A stretch of 49,473 bases of DNA, taken from positions 1 to 49,473 of the IMG/VR virus record IMGVR_UViG_3300025417_000030, one strand, 5' to 3'. Source of the DNA: a virus (lineage: Duplodnaviria > Caudoviricetes). This document shows positions 27,490 through 36,859 of this stretch, piece by piece (the first letter of the stretch is position 1; the number at the start of each line of letters is the position of its first letter). Both the position numbers and the translations under genes were made by a program. Under the pieces are notes generated by a model that was not told the DNA's origin, searched no databases, and saw only the letters and a program-made list of their open reading frames with translations.

Positions 27490-28218
27490 TTAATCTTTTT
27501 GTTTAATTATCCAATAATTTGATTCCAATCCTAAATCGTTATCTTTAAAATTAATTTCTAAAACCCCTTTTAAAGATATTGAAAGTTTTGCTTCAGTAAA
27601 TTTATTATTATTAATCGCTAAAATTTGTTTTATATATCCAGAATCGAAAGACATATTTTCAAAATCATTATCTAATTTTGTAAAAGGTATTTCAAAACTA
27701 ATCATATTATCATTATTTTCACTATAATTGAAATAAATAAATAATTTTTTATTATCATTTACAAATGTAACTTTTTTTGTATTAATAGCGGTTATTGATT
27801 TTAAAATATCAGCAATTAATAATTTATCTAATGTTAATTCAACATCGTAACTAGAAATTTGTGAAGTTTTACCATCACTATCAATAATATCTGGAGAACA
27901 AGTTACATACTTAAATTCTTTCTTTTTATCATTAAATTTAAGATTAACAGTAACGCCATCAGCTCTTTTTGTATCAATAACTTCTAAATCACCATCTACA
28001 ATTGATAATAACCTAATTAATTCACTCGTAGTATAAATCCCAATTTTTGTATTATCAAAATCAAAATCTTTTAACTCCACTTTTCCTCTTAAATCTTTTG
28101 CTGAGGATTGGAAAATAGTATTTAAGTCACCATTTTCAACATTTAAAATTGAACTTTCTACTGTACCTCCTAAATGGTACAATTCAATAAATCTTAAGAA
28201 TTTTTCTTTCTTTATCAT
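27490..28218 (-). CDS. DNA sliding clamp (gp45/PCNA-like)
   Basis: 242 aa, IGIYxxSELIRLLS motif, two-domain pattern, near clamp loader. Confidence 0.75.
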   Translation of the reverse strand: MIKKEKFLRFIELYHLGGTVESSILNVENGDLNTIFQSSAKDLRGKVELKDFDFDNTKIGIYTTSELIRLLSIVDGDLEVIDTKRADGVTVNLKFNDKKKEFKYVTCSPDIIDSDGKTSQISSYDVELTLDKLLIADILKSITAINTKKVTFVNDNKKLFIYFNYSENNDNMISFEIPFTKLDNDFENMSFDSGYIKQILAINNNKFTEAKLSISLKGVLEINFKDNDLGLESNYWIIKQKD

Positions 28219-28235
28219 AATTTTTATTTTATATT

Positions 28236-29423
28236 TTATGCAAATAAACTTGTATCTATTAATTCTTCTTTTTCTGGGTCTGAAAATAAATCATCTACTC
28301 TTTTATAGATTGGTAAATTTCTATGATATATTTTTTCTAAATCATGTAAATCAGCCGCAAACAAATCATTTAAAGATTTTAAAGCTAAATAAAAATCTCT
28401 AGGTATTAACCCTTCTAACAATTCAAAATGGCTAGCACATAATTTATTGGTATCTTTACTAGCTTTAATTAACATTTGTAAGTTATGATAAGACATTAAC
28501 CCTTTAACATGACCATATCTACCTTCAGCAACATTTTTAAAAGTTATTTCACTACAAACGGGGCAATCAATAGTACAAGGAATTTGTTCATCTTTTTCAT
28601 AAATTATTCCTTTCTTATTATCACCAGGTGGAAACCAAATTGTTGAAAAAGATAAATTTTTGTAATTTATTGAATGATAAAAACTTCCAAAAACTGCTGA
28701 CATACTTGGTGATGAAGAATCTGTAGTTACAGTAATATGAGGATAATGTAAATTCATATTTTTTTGTAAAACTCCATAAATAAAGAAATGATATATTGAT
28801 GTTTTTCCTAAAAAATGCCACCACTTAAATTCTTTTCTTTCAAAATCTTTATCCTTTTTCAATGCTATAATCATTTTAGCAATTGAATTAATAGTGATTT
28901 TTCTCCCAGCAACTCCCCAACCATTAAATTTATAATCTTTTAATGTATTGTACCAATTTTCTGTTTGAGCATCGTTTTTATTTTGCCAAACATTAATAAA
29001 ATTTGTTTTTCCTGTTTGGTTTTCATAAAACCACTCAACATTTGTTTTTGTTTTGTCTAAACACTCTTGAAATTGACTATCTGGAAATGAATGTGGTGGG
29101 AAATCTAATTGCATTGCAATATCAGAATTATTTTCTAACCACTCAAATATTTCTTCTTTTAAACCTGGATAACTTTTTAACGCACCAGTAGCTATCTGAA
29201 ACCCTCCACTATCTCCAAATATTAGAGTATTTTCTAATCCAGCATCTAACCTTGCTGTTTTCTTTTTATATAAAGAGCCAGCAGTTAATAGTAAATATGG
29301 ATGTTTAAATTTTCCATATTCATCAGTAAAATATCTATATGTTAAATCATTTATAAGTTTCTTATGATTTTTAAATGATCCATAATCAGTAGATAGAGAA
29401 GGGAAATAAATTGCTTCTTTCAT
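28236..29423 (-). CDS. TGT/DpdA-like guanine transglycosylase
   Basis: DSGGFQ, MQLDFPP, HFLG, DSSS, Zn site CxxxCPVC...HN. Confidence 0.82.
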   Translation of the reverse strand: MKEAIYFPSLSTDYGSFKNHKKLINDLTYRYFTDEYGKFKHPYLLLTAGSLYKKKTARLDAGLENTLIFGDSGGFQIATGALKSYPGLKEEIFEWLENNSDIAMQLDFPPHSFPDSQFQECLDKTKTNVEWFYENQTGKTNFINVWQNKNDAQTENWYNTLKDYKFNGWGVAGRKITINSIAKMIIALKKDKDFERKEFKWWHFLGKTSIYHFFIYGVLQKNMNLHYPHITVTTDSSSPSMSAVFGSFYHSINYKNLSFSTIWFPPGDNKKGIIYEKDEQIPCTIDCPVCSEITFKNVAEGRYGHVKGLMSYHNLQMLIKASKDTNKLCASHFELLEGLIPRDFYLALKSLNDLFAADLHDLEKIYHRNLPIYKRVDDLFSDPEKEELIDTSLFA

Positions 29424-29480
29424 GTAATAATTTTATTTTAAATAAAGATAAAAAATAAAAATGACTTATCCAATTTTATT

Positions 29481-30371
29481 TTAAATAAATTTAATTTCGT
29501 CTAAATAAATTGCATCACTTTCAGTAGTGGTATATTCTTCTTTACAATTCTTACATTTATAAGATAAATTTGAACTTATTTTACAAATTTCACTTGTACA
29601 ATTAGGACAAGGAATTTCTTTAAGTATGTTTTTTTTAAGGTATTCATGGAGCTTTAAAATAATACTTAGTAAGTTATCAGGACAATTGAATTTGATATCA
29701 GGCAAAAATTCTTGTTCGTTCAACGCTCCAATTAAAGCTAAAACAGTATCAGTATCTCCACCAGTTGCTATAACTTTATTTAAGATTTCTGGAGTATGGA
29801 TTATATTTTGATTTTTATAAATAAACGTAACAATATCCTCCGCATTATTTTTAATCCACGGAATTTCTACATTTTTTATTTCAATTGAATGTTGTTTTTT
29901 AGACCTATAAAGATTTAAATATGCTTTACAATATTCAAAATGTAATTCATTCTTATGAGTTAAATTAATTGAAGTATAAAGTAAATCAGTGTTTTTAGTA
30001 AATAAAAAAGGTGTGCACCTCATTAAAGCACCACTAGATAATTTATCATTTTCAACTTTTAAATTATTTCGTAAATCACTCATAGCTTCACGAGTTGTTC
30101 TACCTGTTCCAATTGCTTTTCCTTCTGGAGTTAAATAACCATCATAATACCATTTAAGCAATTTTTCTTTTAAACAGAATTTAAAATCTGTTAATAAGTT
30201 ACTAGATTTTTCTGTTTCAATTAATGCTTCGATTATACAAAACATTTGTGAAGTATCATCAGTCCAAATTGGATTAATAATTTCTTTTTTATTATAAGAA
30301 GGAGTTTTTGACATTTCAAATTCCGCGCCAATAACATCACCTTTGATGAAATTAATTAAATTTTGAATCAT
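29481..30371 (-). CDS. ADP-ribosylglycohydrolase with C-terminal zinc ribbon
   Basis: GDVIG, WTDDT, GALMR, TH, GGDTDT; CPNC/CKNC. Confidence 0.82.
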   Translation of the reverse strand: MIQNLINFIKGDVIGAEFEMSKTPSYNKKEIINPIWTDDTSQMFCIIEALIETEKSSNLLTDFKFCLKEKLLKWYYDGYLTPEGKAIGTGRTTREAMSDLRNNLKVENDKLSSGALMRCTPFLFTKNTDLLYTSINLTHKNELHFEYCKAYLNLYRSKKQHSIEIKNVEIPWIKNNAEDIVTFIYKNQNIIHTPEILNKVIATGGDTDTVLALIGALNEQEFLPDIKFNCPDNLLSIILKLHEYLKKNILKEIPCPNCTSEICKISSNLSYKCKNCKEEYTTTESDAIYLDEIKFI

Positions 30372-30583
30372 AATTTTTCTTTTAATTTATAAAAAATACC
30401 ATTTTTATTAATTGGCTTGCCAGAATGTAGGTTTTTTGAAACACTACCTTGATTTTTTAATTTTCCTAACCACTTTCCTGCTTTAGTAATTGAAGTAGCT
30501 ACAAATTCTACTTTATTTGTTCGACAATTTATAATTTCTACTTTTGTACTAGATAAAGTACTTAATGCTAATCTTACTGCCAT
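30368..30583 (-). CDS. small NUMOD1-like DNA-binding protein
   Basis: F...SITKAGKWLG...VSKNL pattern. Confidence 0.5.
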   Translation of the reverse strand: MAVRLALSTLSSTKVEIINCRTNKVEFVATSITKAGKWLGKLKNQGSVSKNLHSGKPINKNGIFYKLKEKL

Positions 30584-30587
30584 AATT

Positions 30588-30776
30588 TTATCCTATATAT
30601 GCTTGAATAATTAATTCTCCTTCTACTATAAAATTTATTCTATCTGTTCTTAAATCACAACCAAAAGAATAACAATGGCCATTTCTTTCAACTACTCTAC
30701 ATTCTTTTCCAATGTCTTTACTTAAAATTATTTCTTTTGCTTCTTCTACGGTTTTGTTGATTAATTCTTCGAACAT
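30588..30776 (-). CDS. protease inhibitor I78/I13-like small protein
   Basis: LIxKTVEEA...RVV...DLRTDRINF.V...I..AYIG. Confidence 0.6.
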   Translation of the reverse strand: MFEELINKTVEEAKEIILSKDIGKECRVVERNGHCYSFGCDLRTDRINFIVEGELIIQAYIG

Positions 30777-30788
30777 AAAAAATTTTTA

Positions 30789-30809
30789 CAAAGTTAAGAA
30801 ATTATTGCA
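30789..30809 (-). promoter_or_regulatory. host-type Bacteroidota promoter
   Basis: TAACTTTG just upstream of ATG 30776, no AGTAGATAA box. Confidence 0.5.
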
Positions 30810-31093
30810 ATATATTTTGTATTGTTTTGAAAATGCCCTGTGTAGCCTCTAATTACATCATTAGATTTTAATACAAAATTTGGGTCAACAACTAAATTGC
30901 CATTAACTGTTATATCACCATCTGTTATTAATAATGTCGCTTCATTCTTTGAAACCTCCATTATTTTTGAAACTACATTTATAAATGAATCTAATGGAAT
31001 TTTTTGTGTTTCATCATTAGTATTTATAAAATATTTTTTTAAAGAAGCAATTTTATCTTGTATTGCTTTTGATTCTAATTCTTTCTTAGTCAT
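30794..31093 (-). CDS. S4 RNA-binding domain protein
   Basis: LDSF...SKNEA..LI..G.ITVNG..V.DP...LKSNDVI. Confidence 0.75.
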   Translation of the reverse strand: MTKKELESKAIQDKIASLKKYFINTNDETQKIPLDSFINVVSKIMEVSKNEATLLITDGDITVNGNLVVDPNFVLKSNDVIRGYTGHFQNNTKYIAIIS

Positions 31094-32819
31094 TAATATA
31101 AATTGCGTTTATTTGTTTTAAAGTTATAGAGAAATTCATTCCACCATTTGTTATTCCACTTGTTTTAATTACAGCAGTTAAATAACTATTACCATTAGCT
31201 TTAATTAGCCTACATTTTTCATTAGAACTATTAAAACAACTTATTTTATTGAATATATTACTTAATAAACCATTTGCATCATTTATTGCTGCATCAGGTA
31301 CATCGGAATTTCCAATATTAATTATTGCATCTGAAGTATCAACAAAACTTAAATTATCGGAATCAATAATAATTTCACTAAAATAATAACCATTTGGAAT
31401 ATTTAATCTCGGAAAATCTATTGCACCTACTGCACCATGTCCTGTTGAACCATCAAAATAATGTGAAAATTGATAAATAATAGTTCCAGAATCAATAATT
31501 GCTCCATTATTACTATAAGGTAATGGGTTTTGATTTCCATAATCCATTATTGAAGAATTTAATCTCATTCCATTTAAATGATTATTATTATTTAATGTTA
31601 AAAATAAAATTCCTGAATTAAATAAAGTATTTAATTCAATCCCTGCATTATTTAAATAAATTAAATACATAAATGAACTATTGAATTTCATCGCATAAAT
31701 AAAAGCACTTACTAAATTAATTTGACTTAAATTTGAATTGCCGAATTCATTGAAATGTAAATTAGCATCGTTTAAAGTTAAATTATCTAAACTTGATGAA
31801 ATTAATACGTTTGAATTAATCGAGCTGTCTATTACATTAATATTATAAATATTTGAATTACTTTCAGCTCTTAAATTATATAAAGAACTATTGTCAAAAT
31901 TAAGCTGATGTATTGAAGATTCATCAGTAATATTTATATTATATAAAGAACTATTATTTAAAATGATATCATATAATGAAGAACTATTATCCAATGTTAA
32001 ATTTTCAATATAACTATACCCCTTTAAAGAAATATTAAAAACAAAAGAATTTTTTGAAATTGTTACATCAATAATATAACCTCTTAAAAAATTTAAACAA
32101 TTAAAATATGATTCAGTAATTATGCAATTTTTTAAACCTTCACCATCATTATAAGGAAATCCCCATCTAAAAACACTTATTGGGTTTATCCCGCAATAAA
32201 ACCAATTACTTGTAGCATAATCAAAAGAAACTAAATTATTTGCAATGCTTTCAAATCTAGAAATTATTAAATCATTTTGGAAATCATATTCTATTTCATC
32301 CCATACTTCATTATAATCTATATTATTATTTGTTATTTGTAACCACCATGTAGTATCTAATAAAAAGTTTTGAAAAGGATTACCATCATTTAAAATACTA
32401 TCAGAAGTATTATCAATATCACTGTTAATCATTTTCCAAACATAACCTCCATAAATTACTTTATCATTAAGATTATAATTATGGGTTATATCTAAAACAG
32501 GGTATAAATCATATTTTGGATTATAAAAATGACCAATACCTTTTTTACTGAAATTATTTTGATTTACACCTAATAATATTAAATCAGTCCCACCATATAG
32601 ACTATTATTGGCCCCAGAAATTTTATAATATATGCCATCTTGAACTAAAGAATTTGAAACTAAATTTTGTGCATCTAATAAAGTAATTTCTTTTATCCCT
32701 CTACCAATTAAAATTTCTTCCTGTTCTTCAATATGAATTTTATTTTGTGGATAATTTGTAATAGATCTATTTTCAAATTTTGAAATAGAAATCAAATGGT
32801 TAAGCTCTTTAAGATTCAT
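31086..32819 (-). CDS. putative structural/tail protein with beta-helix-like repeats
   Basis: About 10-residue N/S/I/L repeats (LDNSSSLYDI type); class 2 promoter. Confidence 0.55.
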   Translation of the reverse strand: MNLKELNHLISISKFENRSITNYPQNKIHIEEQEEILIGRGIKEITLLDAQNLVSNSLVQDGIYYKISGANNSLYGGTDLILLGVNQNNFSKKGIGHFYNPKYDLYPVLDITHNYNLNDKVIYGGYVWKMINSDIDNTSDSILNDGNPFQNFLLDTTWWLQITNNNIDYNEVWDEIEYDFQNDLIISRFESIANNLVSFDYATSNWFYCGINPISVFRWGFPYNDGEGLKNCIITESYFNCLNFLRGYIIDVTISKNSFVFNISLKGYSYIENLTLDNSSSLYDIILNNSSLYNINITDESSIHQLNFDNSSLYNLRAESNSNIYNINVIDSSINSNVLISSSLDNLTLNDANLHFNEFGNSNLSQINLVSAFIYAMKFNSSFMYLIYLNNAGIELNTLFNSGILFLTLNNNNHLNGMRLNSSIMDYGNQNPLPYSNNGAIIDSGTIIYQFSHYFDGSTGHGAVGAIDFPRLNIPNGYYFSEIIIDSDNLSFVDTSDAIINIGNSDVPDAAINDANGLLSNIFNKISCFNSSNEKCRLIKANGNSYLTAVIKTSGITNGGMNFSITLKQINAIYIND

Positions 32820-32820
32820 T

Positions 32821-32839
32821 TTTTATTTTTAATTATTGA
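32821..32839 (-). promoter_or_regulatory. class 2 promoter motif
   Basis: TCAATAATTAAAAATAAAA. Confidence 0.6.
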
Positions 32840-32847
32840 AAAATAAA

Positions 32848-33030
32848 TTATTCGTTTTTTAGCACTCTTAATTTAAATTTAGCTTTTTCATATTTCTTTT
32901 TTTCATTTGCATACTCTTCTTTTGAAACATTTTTTTTAAAATTCTCAGAATTTAGTTTTTTCAATAAAAATTTTATATATTCTTCTTCATGAAGAATTTT
33001 TTGTTCTAAAGTATTAATTTTTTTTGACAT
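32848..33030 (-). CDS. small coiled-coil protein resembling ValRS C-terminal arm
   Basis: KKLNSENFKKNVS.E...EKKK pattern. Confidence 0.5.
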   Translation of the reverse strand: MSKKINTLEQKILHEEEYIKFLLKKLNSENFKKNVSKEEYANEKKKYEKAKFKLRVLKNE

Positions 33031-33043
33031 TAAAAAAAAATTT

Positions 33044-33062
33044 ACAATAATTAAAAATAAAA
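33044..33062 (+). promoter_or_regulatory. class 2 promoter motif
   Basis: ACAATAATTAAAAATAAAA. Confidence 0.6.
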
Positions 33063-33069
33063 CAAAGTA

Positions 33070-33297
33070 ATGGCATTAAGTACAGCAGCACAAAAATTAT
33101 TAGCTTATTTAGGGATTTATAAAATCACAGCTACTGAATATAATAGAAGAATCAATGGAAATTTTGATAACGATTATAATTTTAATTGGTTTATTGGTGA
33201 TTTTGCAACAAGTAGAGGGCAACGTGGAGCTCAAGCATCTCCACAAATTGGGGTATTTAAAACTGCTTTGGCTGAATTAGTAGCTGCTTATTATTAA
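33070..33297 (+). CDS. small hypothetical protein, monocistronic
   Basis: Own promoter motif and terminator. Confidence 0.75.
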   Translation: MALSTAAQKLLAYLGIYKITATEYNRRINGNFDNDYNFNWFIGDFATSRGQRGAQASPQIGVFKTALAELVAAYY

Positions 33298-33314
33298 TTT
33301 TTTCTAAGCGTCAT

Positions 33315-33348
33315 AAAAAGGAGTGGTTTATTTTTCCACTCCTTTTTT
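33315..33348. terminator. bidirectional terminator
   Basis: AAAAAGGAGTGG...CCACTCCTTTTT. Confidence 0.85.
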
Positions 33349-33357
33349 ATCTTCTTA

Positions 33358-33960
33358 TTAAATTCCTAATTTTTTCACCCAATGGCCTACTTGGATCATA
33401 CGAACGTTATCATGTTTTTCTTTAGTAGCTGCCTTAAACAATTTTCTTGCTTCAAATCTATCAGTTGTTTTAAATAAAACTGGTTGAATATTTTTTGAAT
33501 ATGCAACATAAAGATTAGGTTGTAAACTCTTTAAAAAAGTATTACTTAAATCACCTAATTTACCAATTGTGGCATCTTTTAAAGTGCCAGGCACTTTTGG
33601 AACGACTGCATAAATATTAGACGTATTTATTTCGTTTACTACTGCCTTTATTGCTTCTTCTACTCTATCTGGTGCAGGACATTGTGGAATATCTTCGTCG
33701 TCCTTATTTTCAATAGTTGCATCATTAGAACTTACAACATTTTTTAAAGTGTAATTAAAAAATGTGAAATTATCTTTAGTTTCAACAGAACGAATAAATT
33801 TTCCTTCTGAAAATAACTCACTCATTAACTGTGAAACTTCTAATTGAGTTAAGTTTCCACCTGGGTTTAAATTATGCCACAAATTCTTAATTTCAAGATT
33901 AGTGGTTTTTCCTTTTGCTTCGATAAGGAATAACGCAATTTTTTCAATTTCTTTTTTCAT
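33358..33960 (-). CDS. hypothetical protein with possible N-terminal winged helix
   Basis: ORF with class 1 promoter; TTNLEIK...Q.EVS..M.EL pattern. Confidence 0.7.
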   Translation of the reverse strand: MKKEIEKIALFLIEAKGKTTNLEIKNLWHNLNPGGNLTQLEVSQLMSELFSEGKFIRSVETKDNFTFFNYTLKNVVSSNDATIENKDDEDIPQCPAPDRVEEAIKAVVNEINTSNIYAVVPKVPGTLKDATIGKLGDLSNTFLKSLQPNLYVAYSKNIQPVLFKTTDRFEARKLFKAATKEKHDNVRMIQVGHWVKKLGI

Positions 33961-33984
33961 TATATAATTTTTAATTTGTTTAAA

Positions 33985-34013
33985 CAAAGGTAACGATAAA
34001 TTTATCTACTTTT
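33985..34013 (-). promoter_or_regulatory. class 1 promoter
   Basis: AAAAGTAGATAA-atttatcgt-TACCTTTG. Confidence 0.8.
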
Positions 34014-34425
34014 ATTTTAAATTAATTGCTTTTAAAATTAATTCACCATTATAGCCAATTTCTTTAGCTTTTTCAACTAAATCATTAATTTTATTTTTTT
34101 GTTCTTTCGCTCTTTTTTCAGCTCTTGGGTCATCTGAAAACATCCAATTATTATCATATTGATCTATTGCAGATTTTAATAAATCTATTGGAGAAACAAT
34201 AATGCTTTTCGTTTCTGTTGTAGTTGTATTTATAACATCATTATAAATAGCTAATTTTAATTTTTTCTCAGGTGAAAAGAAATTAAAAATTTGAGTTCTA
34301 TCAACTTTTAAGCTTTTATTGTTATAGAAAAAATCTATTTCTTTACCAGTTGCAGTACTTTTAACAATTATTTTACCTTTTGGTTTAAGATTTTTAATTA
34401 CTTCACGCCTTTCTTCTTTAGTCAT
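34012..34425 (-). CDS. hypothetical protein
   Basis: ORF. Confidence 0.7.
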   Translation of the reverse strand: MTKEERREVIKNLKPKGKIIVKSTATGKEIDFFYNNKSLKVDRTQIFNFFSPEKKLKLAIYNDVINTTTTETKSIIVSPIDLLKSAIDQYDNNWMFSDDPRAEKRAKEQKNKINDLVEKAKEIGYNGELILKAINLK

Positions 34426-34517
34426 TCTACTAAAAAACCCATTAAAGATTTGTCAATATCAATAGTAATAGGTTCTAAATTTTTTCCTAATAAAAAAATT
34501 ATTTTTTCTTCTAACAT
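34422..34517 (-). CDS. 31-aa hypothetical peptide
   Basis: MLEEKIIFLLG...FLVE*, ATGA overlap, TAATTTTG element upstream. Confidence 0.45.
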   Translation of the reverse strand: MLEEKIIFLLGKNLEPITIDIDKSLMGFLVE

Positions 34518-34551
34518 TATTTTTATTTTTTACAAAATTACGAAGAATAAT

Positions 34552-35013
34552 TTAATTGTAAATAAAATTATTAAATTCTTTATATGATATGCCATCATAA
34601 ACTTCACTTTGTTTTCTAAAATAGAATTCAGACTCTAATGTAGTTTTATCAAAAAATTTTATTTCATTAAAATTTAATTCTTTTGTTTCCTTAAAAAAAT
34701 TTATAAATTTAATTTTCTCATTTATAAAATCAATATTTAAAATATTCCCTACCATATTTTCAGGAATACTAAAAACTGCTAAATTTTTAAAACTTGTTAA
34801 AACCGAAGTATTTGGCGAAAATCTTTTCTGTTTTGTTAATAAACGAATTAATTCAACTTGCAATTTTTCAATTGTTATAAAATGTTCTTTTTTTGTTTTA
34901 TTTTGTAAAAAACATTTTTCTAAAATTAACTCCAATTCATTATTAAAACCAGGCGTAAATGTACTTTTTAATTGTCTTTTTTCTTGTGCTAATTCTGTTA
35001 ATTCGTCTGTCAT
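34552..35013 (-). CDS. hypothetical protein
   Basis: ORF. Confidence 0.65.
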   Translation of the reverse strand: MTDELTELAQEKRQLKSTFTPGFNNELELILEKCFLQNKTKKEHFITIEKLQVELIRLLTKQKRFSPNTSVLTSFKNLAVFSIPENMVGNILNIDFINEKIKFINFFKETKELNFNEIKFFDKTTLESEFYFRKQSEVYDGISYKEFNNFIYN

Positions 35014-35462
35014 TATTTTCCTTTTAAAATATCCTTAATTTCGTTTATTAATCTTGTTTGCGTATAATGTAATAAAACATCTGCTTCATTTAAATTTACT
35101 AACCTAATACAACAAATTTCAGGCAATAATTCTTTAGTACCTTTTTGTTCAAAGAAAGAGTTACAGACATAATTAAAATCATTTAAATCTTCATTACAAA
35201 TATATAAATAAGATTTTAAAAATTTATTTTTATTATTATATTTTTGTAATTCTAATTCATAAAATTCTGCGTCATGAGGAAATTGGAATCCTGTTTCTTC
35301 ATATACTTCTCTAATTGCCGCAGTTAAATAATTATTATCAACTTCCTCAAAATGCCCTTTAGGAATAGAATATAATTTATTTCCTGTTGATTGTACAATT
35401 AATAATTTTTCATTAACTGTTGAATAGATAAATACACCGCAAGTTACTATTTCTTTGCCCAT
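35013..35462 (-). CDS. NUDIX hydrolase
   Basis: PKGHFE...AAIREVYEETG. Confidence 0.88.
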   Translation of the reverse strand: MGKEIVTCGVFIYSTVNEKLLIVQSTGNKLYSIPKGHFEEVDNNYLTAAIREVYEETGFQFPHDAEFYELELQKYNNKNKFLKSYLYICNEDLNDFNYVCNSFFEQKGTKELLPEICCIRLVNLNEADVLLHYTQTRLINEIKDILKGK

Positions 35463-36244
35463 GTTTTCTTTTCTATTTCAAATGAACTAATATCAGAAAT
35501 TAATTTTAAAAATGCTTGCATTACTGCTTTTACATCCTTTTCACAATATTCAACTCCATCATCAACACTAATTTCTTTATTCATTATTAATGTAGAAAAT
35601 TCATAATTTTGAAACTTATCTTTTGGAGATTGAATGTTTAATGCTTGACATACAATTTCTAATGATACGTTTTCATTAGAAATATTTTTCCAATCCAACA
35701 TTAAATCAATATGATTAATTGACCAAGGTTTTGCCGCTTTTAATTTTAATTGAACAGGATATGTAAGTATTCCATTAATCCACATTCTTTTCAATAAGAA
35801 TGGAATGTCAAATCCTAAAATATTATAACCTGATAAAACAAAATCTGGGTAAGCATCTAATATCTGTATAAACTCTTCAATCATTTCTACTTCATTGTCA
35901 GATTGTAAAGTATTTATAGAAATATTTTTCTTGTCATCAAATACTCCAAAAGAAATACACCATATTTTTCCAAACTCAGCAATTAATGGAGAATATTTAT
36001 TCCAAATTTCTTCAGTTGTTGGGTTATAAATTGTATTTGCATCAAGATTTAACTTTCCATATTCTTCAATATATTGTTTTTGTGCTTGTTCGGTTAAAAA
36101 TTCTATTTCTTTTTTATAAAATTTCATATGATACTTATGTAACCATATTTCCTTTTTTACTTCATCTAAATCTTCCCATTTACACATCGGATTTGTTTCC
36201 ATGTCAAAACAAATCGATTTCATTATTTCATTACTGTTATACAT
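35447..36244 (-). CDS. stand-alone DEDD 3'-5' exonuclease (PolB-exo-like)
   Basis: FDMET, GYNILGFDIPFL, HIDLM, YCEKDV. Confidence 0.85.
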   Translation of the reverse strand: MYNSNEIMKSICFDMETNPMCKWEDLDEVKKEIWLHKYHMKFYKKEIEFLTEQAQKQYIEEYGKLNLDANTIYNPTTEEIWNKYSPLIAEFGKIWCISFGVFDDKKNISINTLQSDNEVEMIEEFIQILDAYPDFVLSGYNILGFDIPFLLKRMWINGILTYPVQLKLKAAKPWSINHIDLMLDWKNISNENVSLEIVCQALNIQSPKDKFQNYEFSTLIMNKEISVDDGVEYCEKDVKAVMQAFLKLISDISSFEIEKKTWAKK

Positions 36245-36253
36245 TTTATTAAT

Positions 36254-36805
36254 TTATTTTAAAAGTTCAATCAATTCATTAACCATTGGGCGAAATTCAT
36301 GTACACCATATAAATTTAATTTTGTCAAAAAATTATTATTTTCTTCTTGATATTTTTTAAACATTCCACTTTTTGTTTCTTTGCTATATTTTACATTAGC
36401 AATTCTATCACAAAGTTTGACAAAAACTGCTCCAGATTGTTCTAATATCCCTTGATAATATTTATCATTCGCTCTTTCATTTCTTGTTCTGCCTTTTTCA
36501 TTTGTTAAGGCATAAATAATATTTGCTACATCTAATCCTAATTTTTCTTTAACATCATTATAGGTAACTCTTGTATCTTCTATAAGATCATGACCATAGC
36601 AAGCTAGTGTAATTACTTTTTGAGTAATATTGGTATTAAATTCATTACCATGTAAATAATTGTTTTTAGTAAATAAATTTTCTGGCAAAAGATAAAAGAA
36701 TCTATCTGCTACTTGCTTTACCATCTTCAAATGAAACTCGTAAGGAAGATAATTATCGTACTTGTGATTTGTATTTTCATGCTGTTCAAATATCCATTTT
36801 TCCAT
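36254..36805 (-). CDS. HD-domain phosphohydrolase (RelA/SpoT/MESH1 hydrolase-like)
   Basis: PYEFHL, HDLIEDT, ALT, VKLCDRIAN. Confidence 0.85.
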   Translation of the reverse strand: MEKWIFEQHENTNHKYDNYLPYEFHLKMVKQVADRFFYLLPENLFTKNNYLHGNEFNTNITQKVITLACYGHDLIEDTRVTYNDVKEKLGLDVANIIYALTNEKGRTRNERANDKYYQGILEQSGAVFVKLCDRIANVKYSKETKSGMFKKYQEENNNFLTKLNLYGVHEFRPMVNELIELLK

Positions 36806-36859
36806 AATTTTTTATTTAAGTAAAGTTAATGATTATTTTTTAATTTAAGAAAAATATTT

